A stretch of DNA of 62,092 bases, the filler included, from Sphacelaria rigidula (lineage: Eukaryota): the NCBI GenBank assembly GCA_964200075.2. It is 8 parts of 8 records of this genome, joined end to end, with 100 filler letters (N's around TTAATTAATTAA, not from the genome) between each part and the next. Parts side by side here need not be neighbours in the genome. Positions count along the whole stretch, not along the records: positions 23,325 to 30,998 come from CAXNAA020013834.1; positions 31,099 to 38,772 come from CAXNAA020013835.1; 6 more parts are not named here. One strand, written 5' to 3'. A program made the translations under genes and the position numbers. The notes under the pieces were generated by a model that saw nothing but the letters and a program-made list of their open reading frames with translations, searched no databases and had not been told where the DNA came from. Shown here one piece after another: positions 25,180 through 37,169 of this stretch; position 1 is the first letter of the stretch; each line of letters begins with the position of its first letter.

Positions 25180-25490
25180 CCCATGGTGAGACACCCATGA
25201 AGCAGTGTATAAGCCGTGGCTGTCTCTGGAAGTGGCGGTACCAGGAAATGAAGCAACTCGTTGTAGGCTGTGATTCCTATGCAAGATTATCAGTACGCTT
25301 CGGGCGGAACAATCTCAGCAGGATGCAGCTCACCCTTCATGCGACTATGCGACTCCCGGAATCATCACGGCGCTTCCAGATTGGTGATTGATTGCGAGCC
25401 TGGTCCGGCGAAATCCCGGCGTGTTCCGTCCCGGCTTTGTAGAGATGCGGTCAATTGTCTTACGTTACAGGATACAAGATCATGAGTACA
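25180..25490 (+). repeat. High-copy interspersed repeat family X, longest copy (about 310 bp)
   Basis: Homologous pieces at 20632-20815, 23101-23140 (-), 23325-23363 (-), 30861-30998, 38663-38710 and 38873-38945. Class not determined. Confidence 0.75.
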
Positions 25491-25636
25491 CCCCATGTAC
25501 AATCACCATGGCAGCACCGTGCACGGCACTTTTTGTTTGCTACACGTGGGTACTATCCCCAAGCCCCGATAGGAGATTAGGTCTCTGTCAGCGAAAATAG
25601 AAGAAGTATGTCGTTTTATGGACTTGACTTTCTTTA

Positions 25637-26241
25637 AAAAGCTGATCTCAGCTGACAGTACGAATCTCACGCCACTCCATGTATCTCTGTGTAGGCGAGA
25701 TGATTTCGTGAGCTCTCTTGTGTTTTTTCAGCAGCTACCGTCTTCTACGGCATGCCAAAATCGATGATGTGCATTCAGGCGACAGGCAACAGGAAAATCG
25801 CCGAACCTGCCGCATATACTTTGTTACAACACGATCCTGTTGCAGTCATTTTCATGCCGATCTCAGGCCACAACGCGAATCTCGCGACACTCGATGTATC
25901 TCGGTGTAGGCAACATGGTTTGCAAGCTCTTTTGCGTCTTTTGAGCAGTTTTCACTTCCTGCAGTACGCGGAAATCGATGTTACGCTTTCAGACGACAGG
26001 ACAAACGCCGAACGTACCGCAGAGCCCGAATCAAACACGATCCTGTCACGGTCATTTTTTTATCCTGGTGGATCACCCCTTGATCGATCGATTCCCAAAA
26101 GCTGATCTCAGCCTGCAGTGCGAACCTGGCGCCACTTGATGCATCTCTGTGCAGGAAAGATGAGTTTCAAGCTCTCTCATGTCTTTTGAGCAGCTATCGT
26201 CTCCTGCAGCAGGCTAAAATTGATTTTGCGTTATCAGACGA
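25637..26241. repeat. Diverged tandem array, 3 units of about 220-240 bp
   Basis: Unit starts gcYgatctcag at about 25641, 25857 and 26101; each has atgYatctc.gtgYagg...gctct...agcag...aaatYgat. Confidence 0.75.
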
Positions 26242-26539
26242 AACATGCCGTAGATACTAAATTGAACACAAACCTGTTAGGACCAGGATGTTCCACCTTG
26301 CGTTCCGCAGTTCAAGCTTACGTGCCGTGGATCCTAAATTGAAAACGACTCTATCACGGATCGCCTGGCCGGCACCTACGACTCATGCAGTCCTTCAGGA
26401 CGTTTAGGAACGCCAGATATTCACAACCACGCCTGGTACCCCTTCCCTTCAAGTCATTGAAACGTGTCTTTCGGCACAAAATCTGAAACAAGGAGTTTTG
26501 CACCTGGACGCAACGGCTGCACAGCCACCACGTGACCTT

Positions 26540-27680
26540 TTCAATGTGTGTAGACAGCATTGTTTTCCCACCCCCATTCTGTGCAGACCGGAACACAGCA
26601 GTAGTACAGCAGCTCAGGTAATCCCCAGTGCAGATCAAACCATCCTCGCAGGGTTCAAATGCACCACAGTATAGCGATAACTACAGCATGGAACTGATGG
26701 GTGTGGGCACGAAGCGCGGTGGTCGTTCTACAGAAGATCCAACAGCCAACACACCATGACGTTTCAAAAGTGTGTTGAGAGAGAGGACGGCATGCCGGCC
26801 ACAATTCTCGTACCGACCGGGACACAACAACAGGACGAGTACAGCAGTTCATGCAACCCCCAGCGCAGATCAAACCATCCTTGCAATTGTAAAACGCACT
26901 TTACCACAGTGCCAGCTACACCATAGGGGTGATGGGTCTGGGCACGAAGCGCCTTGGTCGTTGCGAAAGACACAACGTCCAACAAATCCACGTGGCATTT
27001 TCAAGTTTAACCCTTTTGGAATCCTCCCCTCCTGTCCCCGCGCCAAACGCCTCATAGTGAGAAGCCCTGACAAAGAAGAAAATATGGAAGCAGAAAAGGC
27101 CGACTGCAACCATTTTATAATGGAAGACCGAAGAAAAATCCAGTAGCACACGCGGCGGGTGCAGGAAAAATGTCCTCCCTGAAGAGGTCGGGTGAGGTTT
27201 GCCCAATCATACTACGCAACGGATGAAGTGTGTCCGATTGTATCCATCGACAATAATTAGCAAAAACACTATGAAACATTCCATGAAAAATACAGCAATC
27301 AGTTCCGGGATCTTGTACGGCACATCGGTAAATAGGAAACCTTATTTTTTTTCACTTGTCACTCGCAGGGGTCTGAAAAATACGCATTGGATTAATGTTG
27401 TTGCGTCTCAGCTATAAATCATCATCCATGTCTTGGTCAAAAACCGTCAATTGCAAATGATCAATTTTCCATTGTGAGTTCCAAAAAAGGGTTAACAAGA
27501 CAGCACTGTGTGCCGACAGCAATGATTTTGCACAGACGGACCACAACAGTAAAGCAGCCCAGGCAATCCCAATCGAGACCAAACCGTCTTCGTAAGGTCT
27601 GACAACTCCACAATACAATTACAGCCAGAGCACATGAAAGAGGGCATGATGAATGTGTTTGCACTGCAGTACAGTGGAAC
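26540..27680. repeat. Second tandem array (about 240-bp unit, 2 clear copies plus 1 degenerate) interrupted by a piggyBac-type MITE
   Basis: agtacagcag.tca...ccccagYgcagatcaaaccatcct...tgatgggt.tgggcacgaagcgc occurs at about 26600 and 26840; a degenerate third unit resumes after 27495. Confidence 0.65.
27011..27491. mobile_element. piggyBac-type non-autonomous element (481 bp)
   Basis: TTAA TSD at 27007-27010 and 27492-27495; TIRs CCCTTTTGGAA...TTCCAAAAAAGGG; homologous, inverted, to both ends of 33703-35234. Confidence 0.85.
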
Positions 27681-28639
27681 ACTACATGTCCCATACTTCA
27701 GCTCTATACCCAATCTTGAACAGCTCAAATGCGGTCAGGCATTCAAAATGGGGTACCCATTTTGAACAGAAGAGGTTTGAGGTAAACAAAACGTGCTCAC
27801 GACCGCAACAGCTGAGGAAGTCGTGAGATGTACTTACCACGGCTGAAGGTGTCGCAGTTTATGACACACTAGTAGTGGACAGCAATGAAATGGCTAAGAT
27901 CAACATAATTGAATACTTCCTCTATCCCATAAGTAAAGGCACTTGTGGGCGTTTAATCGTTCGGGTATTTCAACGTTGACCATCATCTTATGGTTGGGTT
28001 CGTTGGAGAGGTAAAGCGCAGACGAAGTTGACAAAGAAAAAAAACGAAAAACAAAATGTTTTCATCACTAAAATTGTGCCGAAATCTACCCCATTTTGAC
28101 CCCGTTGGATCCATTTCTACCCCATCACTGATCGATTTTGGACGTTTTCACGTCGAGCACTAGCAATTACATGCTAACAAAATGTTGGGATGGGGTGTGC
28201 GTAGGTTAACATCACGGACATGTCCAAAATCAATGGTGGTTTCGCGATTTTCGCATTTTTTGGGCCATTTTCGCGATTGTTCGTGTTCCCGGGTCTCTCA
28301 TACTTTCCTGGGGAAACGAGCGAAAAATGGCCGTTTTTGGACCGACGTACTTTTTCTCGGCCGCACGGCTGCATGGGTCAAGCACCCACGTTGTACAAAG
28401 AATGTTGGTTTTAGCTCGAAAAACGCCGACGAATGCAATAAAAAGATCGGACAACCGAACATCACACCGTTAAGGATCCGTGCAATCACAAGGACCTCTA
28501 CTTATGGGACAGAGGAAGTACATGTTATTTTCTTTTCACATTTTTTCTTTCTTTTTCTGTCTCGGTTTATTCTGTTGTTTTGTTCTACCTTTTCTGTTTC
28601 TTCTCTCTTCGGCAAGTGTTTCAGTCTAATTTTGTCTCG

Positions 28640-28710
28640 AATACGTCCACCATGTGACCACAGCTGGATCCTTGGGGGGGTCAGTTAAAGTACGACAATC
28701 AATCAATCAA
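28640..28710 (+). mobile_element. Retroposon 3' tail family B
   Basis: tacgtccaccatgtgaccacagctggatcc...ttaaagtacgacaatcaatcaatc. Confidence 0.6.
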
Positions 28711-30860
28711 AATGGTTAGAATTACTGCTGCGAATAAAGATGAAATGCTCGATTCCTGGATGAGCGTGATTCATCTCCCGAGTGATTGACGGACGGGTTT
28801 ATATATACAAGAAGCTGTGACTGCTGCGCTTCCCACTCGCCTCCGCGTACACCTCCAGGTGCTCGAGGAAGCATCTCACCGGAATTGACGGATGAACCTC
28901 TCAACCCTCCAGGGAACGTGATGATGCCAACAAATACTACTGTCGTTGCAGGTGGGAACATCAGGGGGTAGGGACGGTATGGTGACGGAGGCGGGTGGGG
29001 TACCATGGTACTGGATTGCAGCCACGTTGAAAGCGGGACCGCTCAATTCTGAAAAATTCTGAAAGTTATCCTAGTTCTCCAAACTTTCACGCGTTGAAGT
29101 GTGGTGTCCTGCCGGTCTGTCTCTATGTGCAGGGAATTTCCTCATTTTCCCGAGAAAATAATACGTACAGCGTGTCAATGTAGTACTGCAATACGCTGGG
29201 CATCGATGACAAAAATCTGTCGATGTCCCGCCCAACGTTGAGAGTGTTGCATTTAAACTCGAATGGAAATGACCGACGGCGACATCGCTGTCGACTGAAC
29301 AATGAAATGGATAACAGATAACAAAACAGTAGGGAGTAAGTCACCGGAACGTGAAAAGATTTCATCCGTGAGCGGGTTAAAGTCATCGGGTTTTGCCCCC
29401 GATCGTCGCGAGACTCATGGAACAACAACGCATGGCCGAAAATGACCGCAAAAACGAGCATATGATGCAAGAAAAATGATGATGCAGAATAGTACTCCAG
29501 GTTTTCATGAAAAGCAGCAATTTTCCGCCGGAAAATAACAGAATCGCCGTTTATCTCGCTCAACAGTGAAACTCTATGTGTCAAGCGATGGCTCAAACTA
29601 GCTGCGTAAACAGCAGGAAACCAACGAAAAACATTTGTAAAATGCAAGAACAAAAGATGTCCGAAGTCACGAGACATCATTCGAATGAAAGTTAGTGCTT
29701 CTTATCTGCGATCGCCGTAGTGCAGTTTGACGAAAAACTCAAAATTCCCTCAAGTTAAGCCCCGAAACGGTGACCGCTGAACAAGAATAACCCCAAATGT
29801 TTGCAGTACCCGACACGAGCGTAGCGATGAGAGATGTGGAGCATCTCGAATGATTAGCAGGCCACAGGTGCCATATACGATGTCTAATGTTTTTGATACA
29901 CCCTCTCTTTCGATGCGCCTCTAATCATTGTTGTGCACGGGACAGCACCTCAGCACGATGAACGGCTGATGAAATGCCTCCGATACTCGAGGGCGGTCCG
30001 TGTTTTAGCAGTGCTGAGCGGTATCATGGTGATCTACGGCGCTTCTGCCTTCACGTGAGATATCCACGTATCCGCTTGTGGACCTGGTCATGGTCACGAG
30101 TAAGCGTACTCGTACTCAGTGTATGTCTATGCTGAGGTGTCATTTACACTACACGGTATCGATACCGTCCTGCAGGGCCGACGGAAGCTCACCAGATCGC
30201 GTCTTGCGCAGATCTGATGGGACCCTATCTCCATCTCTGTACCTCAGCTCTTCGACACATGGTCTGCGTGAAACACCAATGCTCTCTCTCACGCAATGTC
30301 GCGCAACAACCTTAGTATACACAGAGTGTGTTTTCGTCGCAACGCGTCGTGTCTGGCGCTTGTCAAACGGTCTTCTTACGCAGAAGATGTCTTTTGTGTG
30401 CGTGTGATGCGATTCCTCCGAATCGACTAGGCCAATGGTGCTAATGCTCTGGGGGCCCATATCGGGCTATATTGCGTCGACGTTCAAGCTGCGGGCTGCT
30501 TACGCCTTCTTGTATTACTATAGCCTGAAGGTGGCATGGGATGTTGGATGGCTCATCAGCGGTGGGGAATCTTGGTGAGACTCAGAAAACAGGAGTTGTT
30601 TTTTTCGTGCATGATGTGAAGAGCCGGCTGGCTTGGAGAGGCAGGCAAGGAGCCGACACTTCGAGTCTCACCTCTTCTAGACCCGGTAGGCGTGCGGAGT
30701 GACTGATCGGTGACACCGAAGCACGGGGTGATACTCGCGTCAGATTCCGGATGAAGTTAATACGACGTTGCGGCGAATCTGCTATTTGGTATGTACCGTT
30801 TTGAATCCACTATGGAAAACGTTATCGCATGCAACTCCTCGCCCGCCCCCCCCCACCTGA

Positions 30861-30998
30861 TCGTGACGCACCCATGAGGCAGTGTACAAGCCGTGGCTGT
30901 CTCTGGAAGTGGCGATACCAGAAAATAAAGCAACTCATCGTAGACTGTCATCCAAATGCAGAATAATCAGTAGGCTTCGGGCCGAACAATCTTAGCAG
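30861..30998 (+). repeat. Repeat family X, cut by contig end
   Basis: Closely matches 25183-25320. Confidence 0.75.
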
Positions 30999-31098
30999 NN
31001 NNNNNNNNNNNNNNNNNNNNNNNNNNNNNNNNNNNNNNNNNNTTAATTAATTAANNNNNNNNNNNNNNNNNNNNNNNNNNNNNNNNNNNNNNNNNNNN
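30999..31098. other. Artificial contig spacer
   Basis: 44 N + TTAATTAATTAA + 44 N. Confidence 0.98.
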
Positions 31099-32021
31099 AA
31101 AGTGTTTCCATGTACTTACTATTTATACCCGAGTCGGGCAGCATCAGAGTGGCCCAAAATTACCCAAAAAATATCTTCTAGTGAAGCCAAATCGCGTAAA
31201 AACATGCCTCCGGCGGGGCGCTTCCGGCGGGGCCCCCTCACCAGCCGGGGGGGGCGGTGGTCGCGGCTTCGCCGCGGCACCAATGTACTGTTTGGACCCA
31301 GTATACTGGCTGCTGACCGCAGCCAGTACCCAACCCTAATATTTCGAGATTTCAGTACCTACCGTACCCGCCAAATCCGGTATTTTTAAAGCGCATACCT
31401 ACGATACCTACGCATACCACGGTATGGGATACCCCGGTAAATACCGGGGGTACGGTACGGTACCTTACCTACGGTGCCTGTGGAACATTCACGCTACAGA
31501 AGTACTGCACGCCAGACCAAAGCTTCGCTGGATCAATTCTGACTCGAATGAAGACGAAAAATGCACATGTCGACTGCAAATTTGGACGAAGATGCCGAAT
31601 CTGAGGGACCTTTTGAGGCATTAGCCCTTACTTCATTGGAAAATGAGTGTTGAAAAATCGCACAGCCGAACAATCGGGTTATTTCAGGCGTCTTCCAGGT
31701 AAAAGGGAAAGGCAACCCGGAAATTGAATCTATGCTATCGAATCCGTGGGAGATACACACATGTTTTGCCACAATTTGGTCCAAGTCAGGCTCGGCAAAC
31801 GTGAAGAAGTAACGTTTCAAGGGTCGGACGAATTGAGGATTCGTCCGGTAATTACTTGATTTCGGTGTGATTCGTACGGTACGAATCAATCCTCGTGCTT
31901 TGTTTTCAGCGTTGCAACCCAGGTACGCGAAGCCCAGGCACGTGGAATGACGGAAAAGTTGTGTGAAGACCTGTTTGACCAGCGGTTGACTTTCTTCTCT
32001 CTTTCGATCAATCAGGCCTAA

Positions 32022-33180
32022 GGGCCTGTCTTAGCACTTCTTTTTTCGATCGAAAAAATGAGGCGGTGGAATTGGTTTGAGCAAAAATATCTCGTTTTGA
32101 TGCAGTTGGGTGTGTTGTGTGTTGTCGTGCCATCAATTCTGGGCGCCGGTCTACACCTTTCGGTATATGTGGGCGCACCACCCGGGGTCACACAGGAGGA
32201 AGTCAACACAGGAGCTTTTTCTCTCATGTTTGTTTTTAGTACCCCACCTTCCTCCTGCGCTGCTTGTCTTAATTTTTTTATCGCGAGAGGGGTTCAGCAG
32301 TTCCTTTCCCTCGTCGACCGTTCAGTCAAATTTTGTGTGCCCATGATATAGTCGCTCTTCACTATTGGGCATGGGGTGAGTAGAAATCCCAGATCGCTCC
32401 GAGAATAGAACCCACGACCCAAGCGTCAGAAGGTTTCGAACTTACCAACTGAGCCACCGGGGCGACCGGCCCCCGTTGGGTCCGGATGGATTTTGAAGAT
32501 TTCGATCGAAAAAAGACAGTGAATATCGTGAAACGGTACATGGTCACTCGTGTACAGTACAGACAGACCGTACCGTCTGCACTGCTTGCAAGCAGGGTGT
32601 CTTGAGTGCGTGTGTGCGTGTTTCGTGCAGGAGGATATAAAAGAGAAGCGGGCAACGTGCAGTGCAGACAGCCCAGGACTATCTGTTCTCTCTTCCTACA
32701 ATGCGACGTGAAAAGGACCTCAGCAACGTGTAGCTTTGTGCTGCCTGCACTGTCCATGAGCGTGCACGCAACTCGGTTGCCCACCGTACCACGCAGTTCC
32801 GTCCCTGATCCCTACCATGAGAAGAGATGCGTAAGTTTTCGCCAACAAAAAATAAACAAAGCACACCCGACTACTGAGTGTATCTATCCCTGTGCTTCAC
32901 TCGTGCTCTACGCTGCAGGGTTGCGGTGGTAGCTGAGAATGAGTTGGATGGAGTTTGCATGGTCCTGAACAGATGTTATGTGGCGTGGTGGTCTGTAAGG
33001 TAGGAGTCAAGTGCCGCTTCGTGCCTTTCGACCGTGAGTTTTCGATCGACAACGGTTGTTTTTTACCTCGTTGCATTCTTCCCGCGCGCCACTAACTATA
33101 ATTCTGAGTTGAAGGCTTCAAGGAATATGAATGCGGCGGACCTATCAGATCGGCGGGAAAAAAAGTGCCAAGACATGCCC
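32022..33180. mobile_element. PIF/Harbinger (Tourist-like) non-autonomous element, 1159 bp including nested SINE
   Basis: TAA TSD at 32019-32021 and 33181-33183; 18-bp TIRs GGGCCTGTCTTAGCACTT versus GGGCATGTCTTGGCACTT (2 mismatches); empty site with a single TTA at 41367-41369. Confidence 0.85.
32112..32470 (-). mobile_element. tRNA-derived SINE family 1, full length, nested in the Harbinger element
   Basis: A box TGGCTCAGTTGG and conserved body; possible TSD gttgggt at 32105-32111 and 32475-32481. Confidence 0.8.
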
Positions 33181-33702
33181 TAAGAAATCGTGGATTTGGT
33201 GATTCGAACCGGCGATGATTCGTCCGAACCGTGAAAAGTTTCAGCACCTGGACGGACGGGTCCTGACCAGGTCATTCGACTGAGGAACAACTTGTCGGCT
33301 AATGTTGCCATTCTTTTGTTTCGGCTTTTCAGTACGTGTCGAAAGTATACTGCATGGCACGTACTGCTACAGTCATTTCTTTAATGCGTTGATGTCTCAT
33401 GTGGAGGTTAAGCCCATGTTTTTTTCTATGTATGAAAAAGTATCCGTCCCCGGGGGTGGTATCCACAGTTTTGTCCTGTCGCAAGCGAGCGCCCGGTAAT
33501 TCTAGGGGTACATGGTAAGGATATCAATGTTTGACATCCTTACCCCTAGCATTCAAAAGCGCTATGTAGTCTGCCCACTAACGGTCTCCACGTCAAATAA
33601 CATCCCCGTCGCGTATTTTTTTGTTGGCATCCCCTGAGCAGTTGCGCGTATTGATGATAAGAATGTTGTGTCGAAGCTTCGGTGCCTCACTCCTCAAATC
33701 AA

Positions 33703-35234
33703 CCCTTTTGGAACTCACAATGGAAAATTGATCACTTGCAATTGACGGTTTTTGAGTAAGATATGGTTGATGGTTCACAGCTTGGACGCAACAATTTGGC
33801 CCAACACGTATTTTTCAGACCCGTGCGAATGACAAGTAGAACAAGAGGAGGTTTCCTCTTTTCTTGCTGCGGCCAGGTCCAAAACCCGTCGGTGTTTTTC
33901 CCTACACTCATGAGCTCCTTCCCCGGCGACAGTGCGCGGCAAGCCTCTGAGAAACAGCTTCCCGCCTGACCTGCAGGCCCTTCCCGCTGCAGTCTATACT
34001 TTTCGCAGCGTCATAGCAACAAGGGCAACGCCGATGGCACATTCGCCATATATATGAATTGGCAGGGTAATACAATCCCAGGCAGTCGCCTTTCCATGCC
34101 GCCGGGGGTGCTGCGATACTGCCCTGTACAGTACTGGGTGTGTTTACAGCAGTTTGGGGTAACGTCGACTGCAGACTCACGTCATGCACAACATCGCGCT
34201 CATGCACGTTCCAACAGCACCATCCCGCCGTTTGAAAAAATGCGTAAGGGCGACGCAGACGCCATGTCCCTTGCAGTTATGCACCGTCACTGTATTGTAG
34301 AGTCTGTCAAGTGCCGTCGCCCCAGGGGTGATGCCTTGCTGCTTCGTGTTATGTCTGCATTATATTTTGAAAAAATCTCTGTAAAACGCGAGGCATGCAC
34401 AGAACTGCGCTCTGCCAAGCACGTGCCGACAACATCATACTGCGGGTTGACTATTACACAACGGCGTAGCGAAAGGCACAGTTGCCCCACCACATTTATA
34501 CCGCGGGTTGAGCGTTCCCGACCGTTGCCCCGACATACTTCATGCTGCGTGGGATTCATGAACGCCGGCTACCGCTCGCTATCGTCTCGTGCCGTCTACT
34601 CTCGTGGCCGAGTTTTCACATGCTTGTATTTATCTTGCACGGAGTGTAGCCGCAGGTCAATTCTGTAACCTACTGTATTTACTGACTGTAGTGTTTTTCA
34701 TCTGGCCTGACTACGGTAGGCGGGGCCCGTTGGCTTCCTCCCGTGTGCATGTATATCGCCTGTGCGGACGCCTGCGATTACGCCCGCCATATACCGCCCG
34801 CACAACCCATTGTGCCTTCCGCATTTGGTTACGAGATTTCGCTGTTTTCAGCCATACCATGCTGTGTTTACGGTGTGGCTTGGTAATCTCGCCACCCGAT
34901 GCTGCAGCCCGTCAAAGCGGTGCTTCGCTTATACAAATGCTAATATACAAACGTGCCTGGTTGGACCCTGGAGCCCCGTGCTGTTTTTTTTATGGAATGT
35001 TTCACAGTGGTTTAGCTGATAATTGTCGATAGATACAATTGGACACACTTCATCCGTTGCGTGGTGTGATTGGACAAACCTTACCCAAATCCTCCAGGGA
35101 GGACATTCTCCTTCGGTCTTCCATTATAAAAATGGTTGCCGTCGGCCTATTCTGTTTCCATGTTTTCCTCTTCGTCAGGGCTTCTCATAATAAGGCGTTT
35201 GGCCAGGGGACAGGAGGGGAGAGTTCCAAAAGGG
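33703..35234. mobile_element. piggyBac-type non-autonomous element (1532 bp), long relative of 27011-27491
   Basis: TIRs CCCTTTTGGAACTC...GAGTTCCAAAAGGG; flanks TCAA (33699-33702) and TTAA (35235-35238); termini homologous to the short copy; no transposase ORF recognised. Confidence 0.8.
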
Positions 35235-36153
35235 TTAAGGACAGCGTCACCCGATTATGGCAGTTTTCATCTGAAATAGGACATTAATGTAGTTTTTTCG
35301 TAGTCGTCGATTTTCGATGGTTTTTCCGCGTGCCACTGCTCATCCCAGCGAGCAGGTGATCCCAACGTTTGGGAGTCGGGCAATGCTAGGCATGCGCTCC
35401 ACATTCCGAAACAAAAATCGTCGCTTTGCTCAATGTTGAACTACTTCCGAGCTGAATTGACTGGGGGTGTTTTTGACCGTTTTTGGTCCCAAACACATAT
35501 TTTTCGGCTCTAGCGCAATGAGCAGGTTAAAAAAATGGTATCGAGGGCCCGTGAATTCACTTATGGGGGTGATCGGAATTGGTTCACCCCTGCCTATGCT
35601 GTGCAGAGCTCGGTTCGGTAATTTTCGCTTTGGGGTATGTTTCTGAATTTTATCGTGTAGTATCCGTCCTTGGCGCTTAAAAGTCGTAGATTCGGTAGCT
35701 GTTAGGAAGAGAAGCAGGTCGTGCTCAGAGCAAAAACCTCAACAAATCTGGCTTTCGACGTCAAGCGGTCCAATGCATCTCTTACATTACATATGTCAAT
35801 GTGTTGAGATGTGGGTGTGTACGAGACAGAACTTCATTTTGGCCCTGCCGTCACCGTTATTTGTTGAATGGAACTCAACAGTTTCAGGCGCCCTGCAAGA
35901 ACGGGACAAGTCTCACACATCATCGAAGTGTGCGTGCGGCTCATGTCCTTTCAGTGGAGGTTTGTCCACGTATGCGAAAGAAGCGTGCTGTGCGAATTCC
36001 AGCTGGTCAAAATTGTGCCGAAGAGTCTTGCCGTGTAAACGGCGAGTGGGGAATAGATTCGAATGGGCACTGCGTCTACGTGGAGTATTTATTGAGACCA
36101 CCTGCAATCTACACACGCGTAACGGTAGCACATATCTGCTCACCCGTTCACAG

Positions 36154-36356
36154 GTTCATCACAACTGGGCGCCCTTGGGAGCACAGCGCTTCGTGGAACT
36201 AGTAGAAGATGACTTTTTCACAGACGTGGCATTCTTCCGATGTGTCGAGAATTTCCTGGTACAATTCGGGATATCGCCGGATCCAGAAAAGAACATGAAG
36301 TGGAGGGAGCGAGGCAGTATCCCGGATGATCCGTCCCAAGGGATGGAATTCAAGAG
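36154..36356 (+). CDS. Cyclophilin-type peptidyl-prolyl cis-trans isomerase, single internal exon
   Basis: cag|GTT...AG|gtggg exon encoding VHHNWAPLGAQRFVELVEDDFFTDVAFFRCVENFLVQFGISPDP...IPDDP. FFRxxxxFLVQFG corresponds to cyclophilin FHRIIPGFMCQGG, with the catalytic Arg, Phe and Gln kept. Flanking exons were not found in this contig. Confidence 0.85.
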
Positions 36357-36479
36357 GTGGGGACTGATCACGCGTACGTACCAGGTGTGGATACCACCAC
36401 ATGAACGGGGAAATTGCGGCAATTTTTCGTCGAGGTTGTGTCACATTTCTACGTTGGTGACACCCTGAGTTGGCTCTGT

Positions 36480-36526
36480 ATGCTTCGTAAGCCGAAGGTC
36501 CCGGGTTCAAATTCCGGCCCCTGCCA
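36480..36526 (+). pseudogene. tRNA-like remnant (Thr-CGT-like anticodon loop and T arm) in the cyclophilin intron
   Basis: gcTTCGTAAgc loop, ccggGTTCAAATtccgg T arm and a 3' cca; the 5' acceptor strand and D arm are absent, so it is not a functional tRNA. Confidence 0.4.
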
Positions 36527-37169
36527 GCGCTGCGGATGACGTATTTCCCCACAACTTGAGCAACAACAAGTTCTGCAATTTGATCCTTGGGCAAGAAGCT
36601 CCTAGCGGGTAACAAGCGAGCAAAATTCACGAAACGCCCGGAAAAGTCCTCTGCGTGATTTTTTAGCCTGGCAACCCAACCCGTGTGGGATATGTTAAGA
36701 ACGGTGCACAACTCCATCGCTAGCCGGCAAGAAAGATCACCTCTACAGAGCTGCAGCACTGTATGGTGATAAATGGACGAAGGGGCCCATCAAAGAGGCG
36801 GTGATGTGGAAACTACCACATGAAAGAGAAGGATTCCCACAAATGTCCGTCGAAGTCTTATCACCTCTTTACGCAAGGATGAAAGAATTGGTGCAGGGCC
36901 GCGAATGGGCTCGAAGTCCCTGTGGTCAGTTAGGGAGGCGCGACCGTTGTACGACGATTGGGGGTCTGGCTACCATCACAATTGTCGGAGCAAGGTGCCA
37001 TGGCGTCTTTGTATTGCGCCTACCGTCGGTAGATGCTGGTTTACGAGGCGAGTCTCCCAGTAGAATAGCGGTCAAAGCTCGTTCTGGTGGCTTACACGAG
37101 CTGGGTCAACTGATGGTGTTTTTTGTCGGTAATCGGGTGACGAGGTGCGTAATTTGTGGAGTTGAGCGC

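Larger units (their letters stand above)
31815..33245. repeat. Interspersed repeat (31815-32021 and 33181-33245) split by a Harbinger-type insertion; intact inverted copy at about 41310-41578
   Basis: gattcgtacggtacgaatcaatcctc...caggcctaa and taagaaatcgtggattt...gtccgaacc join to form the reverse complement of 41310-41578. Confidence 0.75.

Noticed and set aside
156..36356. Apparent secretory-pathway cluster (Sec5, ERD2, cyclophilin)
   Set aside because: The genes lie on different size-sorted contigs joined by artificial spacers.
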